Source: Podarcis muralis (lineage: Eukaryota). Taken from it: a DNA stretch of 64,000 nt. The stretch lies in assembly GCF_964188315.1 (NCBI RefSeq), contig NC_135660.1, forward strand, positions 84,754,001 to 84,818,000, written 5' to 3'. Every line of letters begins with the position of its first letter. Positions within the stretch are counted from its first letter, which is position 1. This document shows, one piece after another, positions 13,195 to 25,649 of this stretch. The position numbers were made by a program, and so were the translations under genes. The notes under the pieces are model-generated. The model was not told the origin of the DNA and searched no databases. It was given only the letters and a program-made list of their open reading frames with translations.

Positions 13195-13990
13195 TTATTG
13201 ACAAAGTAATAATTATAAATACATAAGAATAAAAATGTGACCATTCCATGTAACCATCCAAGCTCCCAAAATATCAAGACCTCTTGCGATGGTTTGACCC
13301 CCTTTCCGTTTTAACAGTACAAATTCGACAAACACCCTCCATATCTCCTCCATATAATTTCTCCTGCATATTCCCCCTCTTACCTTAATGGCACATGTCA
13401 ATTTATCATTAATAGCTATATCCCACACCTCTTTATAGAATTTTTCCATTATATATTCCGCTTGCCCCTTTTAAATTTGTTTTCTTATTATTATTTTATT
13501 TTGACAAAGTAATAATCATAAATAATTGAGAATAAAAATGTGCCCCCCGCCCCATTCCATTGTAACTATCCAGCCTCCCAAAATTTCAATGCCTCTTGCG
13601 ATGGTTTTACCCGCTTTCCGTTTTAACAGTACAAATTCTACAAACACCTTCCAGATCTCCTCAAAATCATTTCTCCTGCATATTCCCCAGCAGTGGCGTA
13701 GCGTGGGTTGTCAGCACCCGGGGCAAGGCAAGTAATTTGCGCCCCCTAACCCGTGGATTTCAGCACTCGAGTCTCTTCCACTAGATTGCGAGTGTGAGCG
13801 CGCGCCCCCCCCCATGTTGCGGCCGGTGCGGCCGGCCCCCCCTGCACCCCCCACGCTACGCCACTGTTCTCCAGCTTACCTTAATAGCACGTGTTAATTT
13901 ATCATTAATAGCTACTGTATATCCTGCACCTCTTTATCCCATTCTTCCATTTTATATTCTGCTTGCTCCTTCCACTTCCTAGCTGTCATA
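13195..13990 (-). mobile_element. Two adjacent L1-type ORF2 3' fragments
   Basis: EVWDIAINDKLTCAIKVR...FVEFVLLKRKGG; homologous to 38628-38993. Confidence 0.8.
13691..13866. mobile_element. GC-rich hAT-like MITE inside an L1 fragment
   Basis: 17-bp perfect TIR CAGTGGCGTAGCGTGGG; 8-bp TSD TTCCCCAG/TTCTCCAG. Confidence 0.82.
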
Positions 13991-16013
13991 ATTCGTGTGA
14001 TGCAATGCATATTTCTGAAGATCTTAGCATTAAATCTCAGCACGGGATACCCAAGGCATGATGAATAACAGCAACAACTAGGAAAAGGTAGAGATGACAT
14101 TTTACAAGGACAGGAAGAAACACCTTGGACAGAATTAATTGCCCCACACAGGAAGAACGAGGATATAGTTTGAATGCCTCACTTGTAGTTCTATAAATCA
14201 TTTAATGTGACAACACAAATGGAAGTTATTACTATTGCAGTTGTTGTTTCAAGGTATTATGATGATGACCAGAATGTAATGGAAATTAGTAAGATTTTGG
14301 AACGCAGAAAATAAAATCAGTCATCAATTCTCACACGTGGGTGGCCACCTAAATAGTATAATTTAGTATTTGAATGATTGGTTTTAGTAATGTTATTATA
14401 AGTTGGTATTGTTATAACGAGGCTATTATTGGAATATAACTGAAAACTAATAACAATTATTATCAAAAAATAACGTGTTTTTATTTTATGTTGTATGTTG
14501 GACTGTAAAATTTAAATCTGAAAAACAAAATAAATAAAAAATAAATAAAGAAGATTCAGTGCCTAACACTACAACATGAGGGTTTCCAACAGAAGGAAGG
14601 TGAGGACAGGTGACCTCACCTAGGCCCGAAGTCACCCCCCACCCAAGCAGGCTCAAAGCTTCTCAAAGCTTTTCAAAATCATTTTCTCAGCAGCTAAGCA
14701 TCAGAAACATTCCGCTTGCTGTAACTAAAAAGATTGCAACAAGGTAGAGAACAGAGCCCATTGTTTTCTCAGGCCTTTCTCAGAACCACATTGCAACTTG
14801 CTTTCTCTCCGGGAACCATGCCAGAACAAGAGATTGAAACATATCTGAACACACTGAAACCCCCTCACCCCCTTTCCTGCCAAGAGTCCACAATAGTCCC
14901 AATACAGCTTTCTGTACATGCTCAGGAACCTCAACATGGGGCAGGACTCTGGGAAAAGGAGGAGAAAGGAGGAGGGATCTGGAATGGGTATATATGCTTG
15001 TGCACATGATTGTGAACTCGTGCATGCTTTTTGTGACTTATCACACTTGCTCCTTCTACCAGTTCATGGATGGTAGAGATAAAAGCCTTTTCTCCGAAAC
15101 TATTCCTTGAGTGTCTGTTGACTCCCACTTCCCTTTCCCAGGCGCAATATTTTTCCCACCCGAGGGCAAAGCCTCATAAGGCTACAATAACGAGGCTATT
15201 ATAGGAATATAACTGAAAACTAATAACAATTATTATCAAAAAAGCACATGTTTTTATTTTATGTTGTATGTTGGACTGTAAAATTTAAATCTGAAAAACA
15301 AAATAAATAAAAAATAAATAAATAAGATTCAGTGCCTAACACTACAACATGGGGGTTTCCAACAAAGCTGAATGTTCAGATATTGAGGACAGGCAAAATA
15401 AAGCCTTTCGCCACACAGTACAAAGTTAAATTTTGGAATCTGCGCTAATAGAGGCAGTGACGGCATCCAACTCGAATGGCTTTAGAAGATGATCAGACAG
15501 ATGATCTCAGGACAGGGTGTTAGACTAGATGGGCCCCTGGCTTATTCCAGCAAGCTCTTCTTAGGTTCTGAATATTCCTTCCTTCCTCCTCCTCCTCTTC
15601 TTCTGAATATCGCCCTTTGCAAAAAGAAAAAAAAAGCTCCATCTTATCCTGTGTAAAGCCCACCTAAGGCTTGCAACATCTTTTCTCGCGCTGCTGCTCA
15701 ACGTGGCAGCCAGGGGTCCAGAGAAAAGAACCCTGGGGGAAAAAATGCCTGTGCAATCCATGGCAATAATGTCTGAATGAAGAGTGCTTGCTTGAGAGGG
15801 AATTAATAGCTCCTGTGCAAGAGAACGCATGAGACTGGAGAGATCATCTCTGGCAGAAGTCATGCTCCTGTGTATTTCCTCTTCTGTTCAGCAGACTTTG
15901 CCTTTCAGCTACAATGACCATTGCTGAATGCCCGTTTGCCTTCAGGGTGTGCAAAAATGGCACCTCCTTTCCAAGCTTTGATTTAACAGGTTGCATGCTT
16001 TGCTGCAGCCCAG

Positions 16014-16019
16014 CACCTG
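16014..16019 (+). promoter_or_regulatory. E-box CACCTG upstream of DUSP13A copy 1, conserved at 23132-23137 in copy 2
   Basis: Motif retained in both duplicates 105-114 bp upstream of the ATG; mammalian DUSP13A is muscle-restricted; function here is inferred. Confidence 0.3.
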
Positions 16020-16127
16020 TCCAATAAATTCAAAATGACAAGCACACAGGCTAAAAGAGCGCATTAAACAAGCAAGCCTGGACCACTTTCTCAGGTTTCA
16101 GAGGGAACAGTTGCTACTTTAATAAGG

Positions 16128-16288
16128 ATGGCTGAAGAGTGTGTCTTCCTCTCCAAAGACCCTGAGTGTTCTGGAACATCCACAGCTGAGACCCCCACTC
16201 TTAAAGATCTAGAACAGCTCCTGAATTCTGGGAGGTCTTCCTGTAACCATGTTGATGAAGTATGGCCTAACCTTTTCTTAGGAGACCA
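16128..16288 (+). CDS. DUSP13A: DUSP13A-like copy 1, coding exon 1
   Basis: [53 protein letters not shown]; donor CA|GTAAGT; 161 nt. Confidence 0.93.
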
Positions 16289-17324
16289 GTAAGTATATCT
16301 CTGTGGAACAGCTCAGCATTTTTTTGGCAGTGCTTAAGAGCTCCGCCAACGTAACTACTGCAGCCAAGTCAATGCCCCTTCCAAGGAATGTGTCGTTCTG
16401 TGATCTGGTTGGGTCCAGTACCTTGTTATGCATGACTATACCTCATTTAAACCAATGGGGCATTCTGACACATAACCGGTGGTAGGATTGCACATCATCC
16501 TGGCTTCTTTGAGAAGACAGTCTTGCAATTAATTGTTACGCACCCGTAAGCAATTTATGTATTTTATTTCATGTGCATTCAGAATGCCACACAGAATCTG
16601 GAACAAAATGTTGGATTCTTCAGTGCATCACCTTTCTTTCCACCACCTAGTCCTTTAAAAAAAAAAAATTCTAACCCTCACAGTTGCAGTGACACATGGC
16701 TGTAGGCCATGCACTTGGTATATGAAAAAGGCGAAAGAGTTCAGCCAGTGTGGCTTCCGTCCCCTTCAGAGTGACCTAGTCCTCCCTTGTGACTTCTCAT
16801 TACCTTTGCCTGACTGTTTCGGTTGCTTTAATTGTCTAGCTCTGATTCCAGTGTAAACACACATCTAGACTTGTTTATTCATTCCCGGTAACCAATTATC
16901 TGTCACATTTCCGGTGAGGCTACTGGAACCCTAAACCTGACACCACAGTTGCTTCCAAGTCCATGGATGTACCATGATTCAGTGCCTAACGTAGGATTGG
17001 AATACCACTTGTATTTTAATGGTGAATTTTGGACACAATGGAGAGGTAAACAAATTTGGACTATCATAAAATATGCAGGAGGAAATGATTAATAACAAGA
17101 CCCACAAAACAGAGGACGGAGGTCCAAGAGATTCCTTGGAATCTTGTTTTTATGTTGTATGTTGGACTGTAAAATTTTAATCTGAAAAAAAAAAATGCAG
17201 TTCCTAACACCACAACATGGGGGTTTCCAACAAAGCTGAATGTTCAAATATTGAGGACAGGCAAAATAAAGCCCTTTGCCACACAGTACAAAGTTAAATT
17301 TTGGAATCTGCGCTAATAGAGGCA

Positions 17325-17560
17325 GTGACGGCATCCAACTTGAATGGCTTTAGAAGATGATCAGACAAATTCATGGCTACGGTGTTGTGCCATCAGTCTG
17401 AGACAGTATGATTCTGAATAACAATTGCTGAAAACCACAGGAGGGGAGAATGAAGTTGAGCTCAGATCCTGTGCTTCCCACAGACATCTAAGAGGCCATT
17501 GTGAGAACAGCGTGTTGGACTAGATGGGCCAGTGCCTTATTACAGCAGGCTCTTCTTATG
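17325..17560 (+). mobile_element. CR1 3' fragment (related pieces at about 15450, 25200 and 27950)
   Basis: GATGGCTTTA...GACAAATTCATGG...GGACTAGATGG motifs. Confidence 0.6.
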
Positions 17561-18251
17561 TTCTGAATATTCATTCATTAAATCTGTAGGCGCAGACCAT
17601 CGCCCAACTCAAAATAGTCCAGCATGAAAATCCCCAAACTCGGTTCCATGGGTGACTCTGAGTCAACTCCCTGGGGTAGTTTATTGTTGCACATTGTTTC
17701 CAAATTTATTTTTGTACATTGTTTTAATTGTCTGTTTTAACCATATTTGCACATCAGTTTCTAATGCTGTGTGTCCTCTATTTCAGAGGCTTCTACTCTG
17801 CAGCCTCTTATAGTTGTTTTAACCGCGAGTCTTTTAGTTCTTATGCTCTTACAGTTGTTTTAACTGCATGTTTTTATTTGTTTTTATCTGTTTTAATTAT
17901 CAGTTTTTATCCATCCATTATCCGTGTTTAATCTTGTATTTTATTCAGATGTTTTATCCTATGCTTGTTCCTTTGTCCTTATTTGCTCCAACATTTATCA
18001 GTTAAAAAAAAAAATCCTAACTGCTATTTTATTTATATGTTTGTTTGTTTGTTTTAAATCCTGGTCTGTGACCATAATAAAGTTCATTCATTCATTAAAT
18101 CTTACTGAAATCTTTGTTCCTTAATGTGGGCTATTTTCTTCATAGAATGTGAGAGGACCCAGACCACAAGTTAGAGCGGAAAGCCTGAAAGGAAAACAGG
18201 ACCCTTCTTGTGTCTGTCTGCCTCTCACTTTCTGTTTTGTCTTTTCTTCAG

Positions 18252-18469
18252 TGTTACGGCGCACAGCAGATTTGGTTTGTGGAAAATGGGCATTAGCCAT
18301 GTTTTAAATGCTGCACATGGCAAAATATTTTGCCACGAACCCCATGATTTTTACGGCACAACGATTGAATACTATGGTGTACCGGCCGATGACCTTCCTG
18401 ATTTTGATATGACTCCATATTTTTACCCCGCGGCAGAATTTATACATAAAGCCTTGACCACACCAGGAG
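18252..18469 (+). CDS. DUSP13A: DUSP13A-like copy 1, coding exon 2
   Basis: Acceptor CTTTTCTTCAG; [35 protein letters not shown]...GVPADDLPDFD...ALTTPG; donor G|GTAGAG; 218 nt. Confidence 0.95.
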
Positions 18470-18679
18470 GTAGAGAAGCAACATTCGTCACAAATGTCAA
18501 TATTATGTTGTGTTGGCAATTTGGTACGTCACTGCTATTTCTTTCTGGAGAGCTGGAAGTTAGGGGAGGATTGGCAGCTCTGGTGTTGCTGTTGGGTTTG
18601 TACTTTATAGTCTCATGGACTTAAATAGCAGATACTTAAGGTCATGTTTAACTCTCCCAGAGCAATAAATAGAATACAA

Positions 18680-19545
18680 TAATAATAATAATAACGATAA
18701 TAATAATATTTATACCCCGCCCATCTGGCTGGGTTTCCCCAGCCACTCTGGGTGGCTTCCAACAAAATATTAAAAATACAAGAAAACATCAGACATTAAA
18801 AACTTCCCTAAAGAGGGCTGCCTTCAGATGTCTTCTAAAAGTCAGGTAGTTCTTTATTTCCTTGACATCTGATGGGAGGACATTCCACAGGGCAGGCGCC
18901 ACTACCAAGAAGGCCCTCTGCCTGGTTCCCTATAACTTTGCTTCTCGCAGTGAGGGAACCGCCAGAAGGCTCTCGGAGCTGGACCTCAGTGTCCGGGCTG
19001 AACGATGGGGGTAGAGATGCTCCTTCAGGTAAACTGGGCCGAGGCCATTTAGGGCTTTAAAGGTCAGGACCAACACTTTGAATTGTGCTTAGAAATGGAC
19101 TGGGAGACAATGTATGCCTTTCAGGACTGGTTTTATGTAGTCCCAGGGGCCACTCCCAGTCACCAGTCTAGCTGCCGCATTCTGGATTAGTTGAAGTTTC
19201 TGAGTCACCTTCAAAGGTGTAGAGCACATTGCAGTAGTCCAAGCAGGAGACAACCAGAGCCTCTAGTGAGGCAGTCTGCGGGCAGGTAAGCTTGCATACC
19301 AGATGGAGCTGGTAGACACCTGCCCTGGACACAGAATTGACCTGCACCTCCATGGACAGCTGTGAGTGCAAAATGACTCCCAAGCTGTGCACCTGGTCCT
19401 TCAGGGACACAATTACCCCATTCAAGACCCCATTCATTTCATCAATTGCAACAGTACTATCCAATTGATTCTCCCAGCTCATAGGACTCCTAAATGAGAT
19501 TATGGCTACAGTGCTGGAAGGAGGCGGCCTGGGCTCCAATCCCAA
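18680..19545 (-). mobile_element. L2-clade LINE 3' portion in DUSP13A copy 1 intron 2
   Basis: Reverse-complement homology to 9858-10260; LKDQVHSLGVILHSQLSMEVQV...LDYCN; (ATT)n tail. Confidence 0.8.
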
Positions 19546-20216
19546 CCAATTTTACCCAGTAGTAAGTAAGTGAATTCAATGCTGGTTATGCCCAGGTAAG
19601 TGGGGTAATGATTGCAACCTGTTCACCATGCCAGTTTTGTTTTTGTTTTTTTATTTAAAAAAACTGAATAAGAAAAACAAACAATACACACAGAGAAAAC
19701 GAACAAACAGTAACAGGCTAATAAAAATTCGACACAAGGAGCTTTTGATAATAAAGTCAAAAGAAACATAACAAATCAGGGAGCGAATCAAATGGGTACA
19801 ATGATAAAATTGTAAATGGAGTATAAAACACAGTTTACATTGTGCAATAAATGAGAGAAAAAAGAAAGAGGTTTTGCCTGTTTATAGACACCACCAAATG
19901 AAACCATATTTTGAAGGAATTCACCTGTGTTTTACCTTGTGTTTTTGTTTTGCGAGTGTGGATTAAGCCCAAGAAGATCTCAATTAACCAAAACTTCACA
20001 CAAACTGTGTAGAGTAGAGCGCCACAATTTAGGTATAAATGAGAATAAGCTCCCCAGTTGGAGACTAAACTTATTCAGTATTACCGTAGCTGTTGGGATT
20101 AGAGGCAACAATTGTTAAAAGTACTTATTTAGGAAACATTTGAATTCTCTTTCTTTGGTAGTTTAAAATGGCACCTTTAAAGATGCTTTAAAAAACAACG
20201 TTTTCTTCATTTGCAG

Positions 20217-20440
20217 CTAAAATCTTCGTGCACTGCGCTGTGGGGATAAGCAGGTCGTCTTCGTTGGTGCTGGCATACCTCATGATTTACCATCGCTTCT
20301 CTTTGGTTAAAGCCATTCAGGCAGTGAAAGAACATCGGTGGATTTTCCCCAATCAAGGGTTCCTGAAGCAACTGAGAAATTTGGACATTCAGCTAAACAA
20401 AAAAAGCACTAAGCAAGAAAGCAAAGAAACAAATGCCTGA
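20217..20440 (+). CDS. DUSP13A: DUSP13A-like copy 1, coding exon 3 (catalytic motif HCAVGISRS)
   Basis: Acceptor TTCATTTGCAG; [23 protein letters not shown]...[12 protein letters not shown]...ETNA*; spliced CDS 603 nt (200 aa); AATAAA at 20611. Confidence 0.95.
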
Positions 20441-21925
20441 TGATCAGAAAAGCAGGTCGTTTTCAAGCCTCAGTGTCATGGAATGTTTTCATAAAAGTGT
20501 GTTCTTTGTTGTCTTTTTCTATCATCATCGAAATATCAGTCTGTGCTCTCTCCTTTTGGCTTCGTTCTTTCTTTCTTTTTTTAATTATCAGATTTTCTAT
20601 GGTATGATGAAATAAAAATACGCAGAGAAAGAGAGAGGGGGGGTAAAGGACCTCTGGACGGTTATGTCCAGTCAAAGGTGACTATGGGGTTGCTGGGAGT
20701 CAATGTAGGTCTTTCAGGACTGGTATTAGATGGTCTCGGCATCCGCTCCCAGTTACCAGTCTACCTGTCGCATTCTGGATTAATTGTAGTTTCTGGGTCA
20801 CCTTCAAAGGTAGCCCCACGTAGAGCACATTGCAGTAGTCCAATCAGCTGAATGGCGCTGGGAGCTTACCTTCAAATGCACCTATCAGTGGTTCTAAATC
20901 AGCATCCTGTTTTGAACAGTGGTCAGCCTAATGCTTCTGGGAAGTACAGAACTGGGCCCTGAAGGAAACAGCCTTCTCCCACTTGCGGTATCCAGCAACT
21001 AGTCTTCAGAAGTAAACTTTATCTGTGGGGATTCCACTAAGCTATCATGGCTTAGTTATTGATAGACCTGTCTCATATTTAGGCAGCATGGGAGTGGGTT
21101 ATTACCCCTTTTATTTCAGAGTATGTGACATTAAACCCTTGGTTCTACAACTTGATCAGCCATTGTGCTGAAGCCACAAAATCATCGGTTTAAAAATAAA
21201 GAAATGTACAGTATCTGAGGGAGACATTTGTATTGAAAGTGTTGGTGTACTATTTTGTGTTTTTTTTAAAAAGAAAACCCACAGCAAATGCTGTTAAAAC
21301 ATTTTGCTTTTCTGCAATTTAACCTTGAATGTTTCCAAGTGTCAGCCACACATTCGGACCTTGTTGAAATCTTGATCTCTTCTGAAATCAAATTCCCCCA
21401 ACCTGCTCTAAAATATGAAATAGCGCATCAGCGTTTTAAATTGTCAGCTCAGGTGGATTCACTGATGAGCAATATAATATCGGCAAGCACAGCAGGAGTG
21501 TAGAACCCTTAATAAATAACAGTTTTGCTGCTTGTGTTGCTCAAAATCCGTAAGCCGGCTAGGAGAAGAAGTGATCTTCGGAAGCATCATAATCCACTTA
21601 CTGTTCTGCCTCGCCATTACCATGTCTTTCAGAATCTCCTGGTCCATATGTCAAGACTTAGCTCTACAATCTGGAATCAGACTTTACTTTTTGTGATTAA
21701 CAGGTTTGTCTTTGTGCATAAGACATATAAAACTCATTGCACCTTGGGCGTTCTTCCTAATCCACGATCCTTGTGTTGCTGAGCCTGGCAGCCAAGGGTC
21801 CGGAGAAAAAACCCCTCAAAAAATGCCTGTCCAATCCATGGCAATAATGTCTGAATGAAGAGTGCTTGATTGAAAGGCAGTTAGAGTTCCTGTGCAAGAG
21901 AATGCATGAGACTGGAGATATCATC

Positions 21926-22982
21926 ATATATATATATAGTTAAATTTTCTGTTTTACAATTTAAAATGCTCATTTTACATCCTTAAGATATCAATGACTT
22001 CCCTTCTTCTCTTTCCATGGTTCATTTTACATATCACAAATCCCTGCATACAGTGGTACCTTGGGTTACAGATGCTTCAGGTTACAGACTCCACTAACCC
22101 AGAAATACTACCTTGAGTTAAGAACTTTGCTTCAGGATGAGAACAGAAATCGTGTGGCGGCAGTGGGAGGCCCCGTTAGCTAAAGTGGTACCTCAGGTTA
22201 AGAACAGTTTCAGGTTAAGAACGGACCCCCAGAACGAATTAAGTTCTTAACCCGAGGTACCACTGTATTTTACAAAAAAATATACCAATCAGTATTCCAT
22301 TATTGCATCCATCAAAACTTATTTACACTGTTGAATTTATCTCAGTGCTGCCAGCGTTTTCAGCTTAATGCAATTATTCACCATATATTCAATGAATGTT
22401 TTCCAATCTTCTTTAAATGTATGTTCTTCTTGTTCTCTTATTCTATATGTTAAGTCTGCAAGTTGCGCATATTCTGTCAACTTAAGTTGCTATTCTTCTT
22501 TGGTTGGGACCTCACTCGTTTTCCATTTTGGGGCTAACAAAACACGGGCCATAGTATCAGCATACATAAATAACCTTTTTTGACAACTGGGAATTTCAGT
22601 CTGAATTATCCCCAACAAAATGGACTCTGGTTTTTTGGGAAGGTACTTCTGAACACTTCCCCCCAATTCATTATGGATCATTTCCCAATTTTCTTTTACC
22701 CTTTTATAAGTCCACCACATATGAAAGAACGTTCCCTCCACTTCTTTGCATCTCCAGCACTTCTCTGATTCAGTCTTATACATCTAAGCAAACCTACTCG
22801 GAGGCAAGGACCAGCTGTAAATCATTCTCAAGTACGGTAGTTCTCCTCCGAAGAATAACATGCTGTAAACTTAAAAGTGGCTTTTCCAGAATTTTCCCCA
22901 GAGGTTAAAATCTATATTGTGTCCTATATCTATTGCCCATTGTGTCATTAAGGCTTCAACAAGCTCGTCTTTTGTTTCCCAA
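21926..22982 (-). mobile_element. L1-type 3' fragment inserted in the DUSP13A copy 2 upstream region
   Basis: Cys-rich CWRCKEVEGTFFHMWW ORF2 C-terminus; TSD (A)CTGGAGATATCATC / (A)TTGGAGATATCATC. Confidence 0.85.
22051..22265. mobile_element. Tigger-like MITE nested in an L1 fragment
   Basis: Same TIR and TA TSD; empty site visible in the L1 copy near 35070. Confidence 0.88.
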
Positions 22983-23236
22983 GATTGGAGATATCATCTC
23001 TGGCAGAAATCATGCTCCTGTGTGTGTGACAGTGGCTGTTGCTGAATGACTGTTTGCCTTCAGGGTGTGCAAAAATGGCACCTCCTTTCCAAGCTTTGAT
23101 TTAACAGGTTGCATGCTTTGCTACTGCCCAGCACCTGTCCAATAAATTCAAAATGACAAGCACACAGGCTAAAAGAGCGCATTAAACAAGCAAGCCTGGA
23201 CCACTTTCTCAGGTTTCAGTTGCTACTTTGATAAGG

Positions 23237-23397
23237 ATGGCTGAAGAGTGTGTCTCCCTCTCCAAAGACCCTGAGTGTTCTGGAACATCCACAGCTGAGA
23301 CCCCCACTCTTAAAGATCTAGAACAGTTCCTGAATACTGGGAGGCCTTCCTGTAGCCATGTTGATGAAGTATGGCCTAACCTTTTCTTAGGAGATCT
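23237..23397 (+). CDS. DUSP13A: DUSP13A-like copy 2, coding exon 1
   Basis: 7 nt differences from copy 1 exon 1 over 161 nt; donor CT|GTAAGT. Confidence 0.93.
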
Positions 23398-23853
23398 GTA
23401 AGTATACGTCCGTGGAACGGCTCAGCATTTTTTGGGCAGTGCTTAAGAGCTCCTCCAACGCAACTACTGCAGCCAAGTCAATGCTCCTTCCAAGGAATGC
23501 GTCATTCTGTGATCTGGTTGAGTCCAGTACCTTGTTATGCATGACTGTACCTCATTTAAAGCAATGGGGCATTCTGACACATGACTGGAGGAAATTGCAC
23601 CTTAACATGTTATCTGATTTTTGCAATACAGTCTTGCAATTAATTGTTAACGAGCCTGAAGCATTTTATCTTTTTTATTTTGTGCATTCAGGATGCCACA
23701 CAGAATCTGGAACAAAATGTTGGATTCTTGAATATATCATCTTACTTTTTCTTCCAAAAAGCCATTTCTAGCCCCCACAAGTTGCGATGAGACATGGCTG
23801 AAGGCTAAAGGGGCAAAAGAGTTCAGTCAGTATGGCTTCTGTACCCTTTAGAG

Positions 23854-24004
23854 CAGTGCTTTTTTCTGGGGGGGGATGCAGGGGGACGCATACCCCTAAA
23901 TATTTTGTGAATCTAAGTTTGGCCTCATTGAGGGGCAGTATTTCAATATGAGTAGGAAAATGAGAGTACCCCTAAACAGTTTTTTTAAAGAAAAAAAAGC
24001 ACTG
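23854..24004. mobile_element. hAT-like MITE specific to DUSP13A copy 2
   Basis: TIR CAGTGCTTTTTTT; TSD CTTTAGAG/CTTCAGAG; empty site CCCCTTCAGAG near 16765. Confidence 0.82.
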
Positions 24005-24081
24005 CTTCAGAGACCTAGTCCTCCCTTGTAGCTTCTCATTGCCTTTCCCTGGCTCTCTGGGTCATTTCAATTGCCTTGCTC

Positions 24082-24393
24082 TGGTGGCGCTGTGGGTTAA
24101 ACCACAGAGCCTAGGACTTGCCGATCAGAAGGTCGGCGGTTCGAATCCCTGCAATGGGTGAGCTCCTGCCAACCTAGCAGTTCAAAAGCACGTCAAAGTG
24201 CAAGTAGATAAATAGGTACCGCTCTGGCGGGAAGGTAAACGGCATTTCCGTGCGCTGCTCTGGTTCGCCAGAAGCGGCTTAGTCATGCTGGCCACATGAC
24301 CTGGAAGCTGTACGCCGGCTCCCTTGGCCAATAAAGCAAGATGAGTAGGTCACAACTGGACCTAATGGTCAGGGGTTCCTTTACCTTTACCTT
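24082..24393 (+). mobile_element. Sauria SINE, specific to DUSP13A copy 2 intron 1
   Basis: SINE head and tail present; absent from the paralogous site near 16845. Confidence 0.88.
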
Positions 24394-24949
24394 TAACTCC
24401 AGTGTAAAACCATGTCTTTATAGATCTGTCCAGTTCTGGTGAGGCTGAGCCCACAGACGTTTTGGGAGTAAGCAAGCCCAGCGAGCATTCTCAGGCTGAT
24501 GGTATCCAGGCAGGGATGGCAGTATTTCGGTCCCAGGTCAGGAACCATGAACTGGCAAACAAGGGCAAAAGACATGGAGAGATCACTGGGAGCAAACCAG
24601 GTATTCCAACAGATTCCTTGGTCTTTTTTTAGTAGGCATAGACCTGCCTACCTCCTCCTGGCTCTACTTGCTTCCCAAGGACCATAGCAATTTAAAGGGA
24701 CTGTGCTGCAGCCTGGAATCTAGCATGCCGCCATCTCGCTTCTATTTTCTGTTGGGTCCATTGTCCGTTGTTATGATCGGGTTTTGAGGAATAGGAGGCC
24801 CTTGGTGGCGAGGGCAGTGGTACCCTGAGGTTTATCTGGGCTACCGTCTCCAGGGAAAGTGGCTCAGAGGATTCTGTACTAGGGTCTTATTTAAATATTT
24901 CATTTATACTCTGCTTCTCTTCCAAGGGGCTCAAGATGGCCTGCACGAT

Positions 24950-25098
24950 TCTTCCCACTCCCCATTTTATCCTCCCAATAACCCAGTGGGGCAGGTTAAG
25001 GTTGAGAATTGGTGAATGGCCAAAGTCACCCAGTGGGCTACATAGCTAAGTGGGGATTTGAACCCTGGTCTCCCAGGTCCTAGCCTGACCCCCTAACC
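24950..25098 (-). mobile_element. Older tRNA-derived SINE (Squam3/MIR-like)
   Basis: Reverse-complement head GGAAGCCAGTGTGGTCTAGTGGTTAG and core. Confidence 0.6.
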
Positions 25099-25649
25099 AC
25101 TAGACCACACTGGCTTCCAAGTCCATTGATGCGCTTAACGGATTTGGTGCCTAACCCTAAAATTCAGGGACATCCAAGGAAGCCAGATGATGGAAGATTC
25201 AGGACAAAGTACTTCTTCACATAATAAGACATTAAATTATGGGATGGCTTTAAAAGAGAATTGGGCAAATTCATGGAGGACAAGGCTATCAATGGCTGTT
25301 AACCCTAATGGCTATGTTCTGCCATCCCAGTATAATTCTGAATATCAGTTGCTGGAAACCACAGAGGGGAGAATGAAGTTGAGCTCAGATCCTACTTCGT
25401 GCTTTCCAGAGACATCTAAGTGGCCAATGGGAGAACAGCATGTTGGACCAGATGGACCATTGGCTTATTCCAGAATGTTCATTCATTACATCATAATTGA
25501 ATTTTCTGTTCCTTAACGTGGGAGATTTTCTCCATACAATAAGTGGATCTGAGCCACAAATCAGAGGGAGAAGCCTGAAAGCAAAACAGGATTCTTTTCC
25601 TACCTGTTAAGTCTGCCTCTCACTTTCTGTTTCATTTTTCTCTATCCAG

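Noticed and set aside
18470-18624. ORF continuation beyond DUSP exon 2 (similarly 25868-26007 and 52339-52472)
   Set aside because: Read-through into introns past canonical donors
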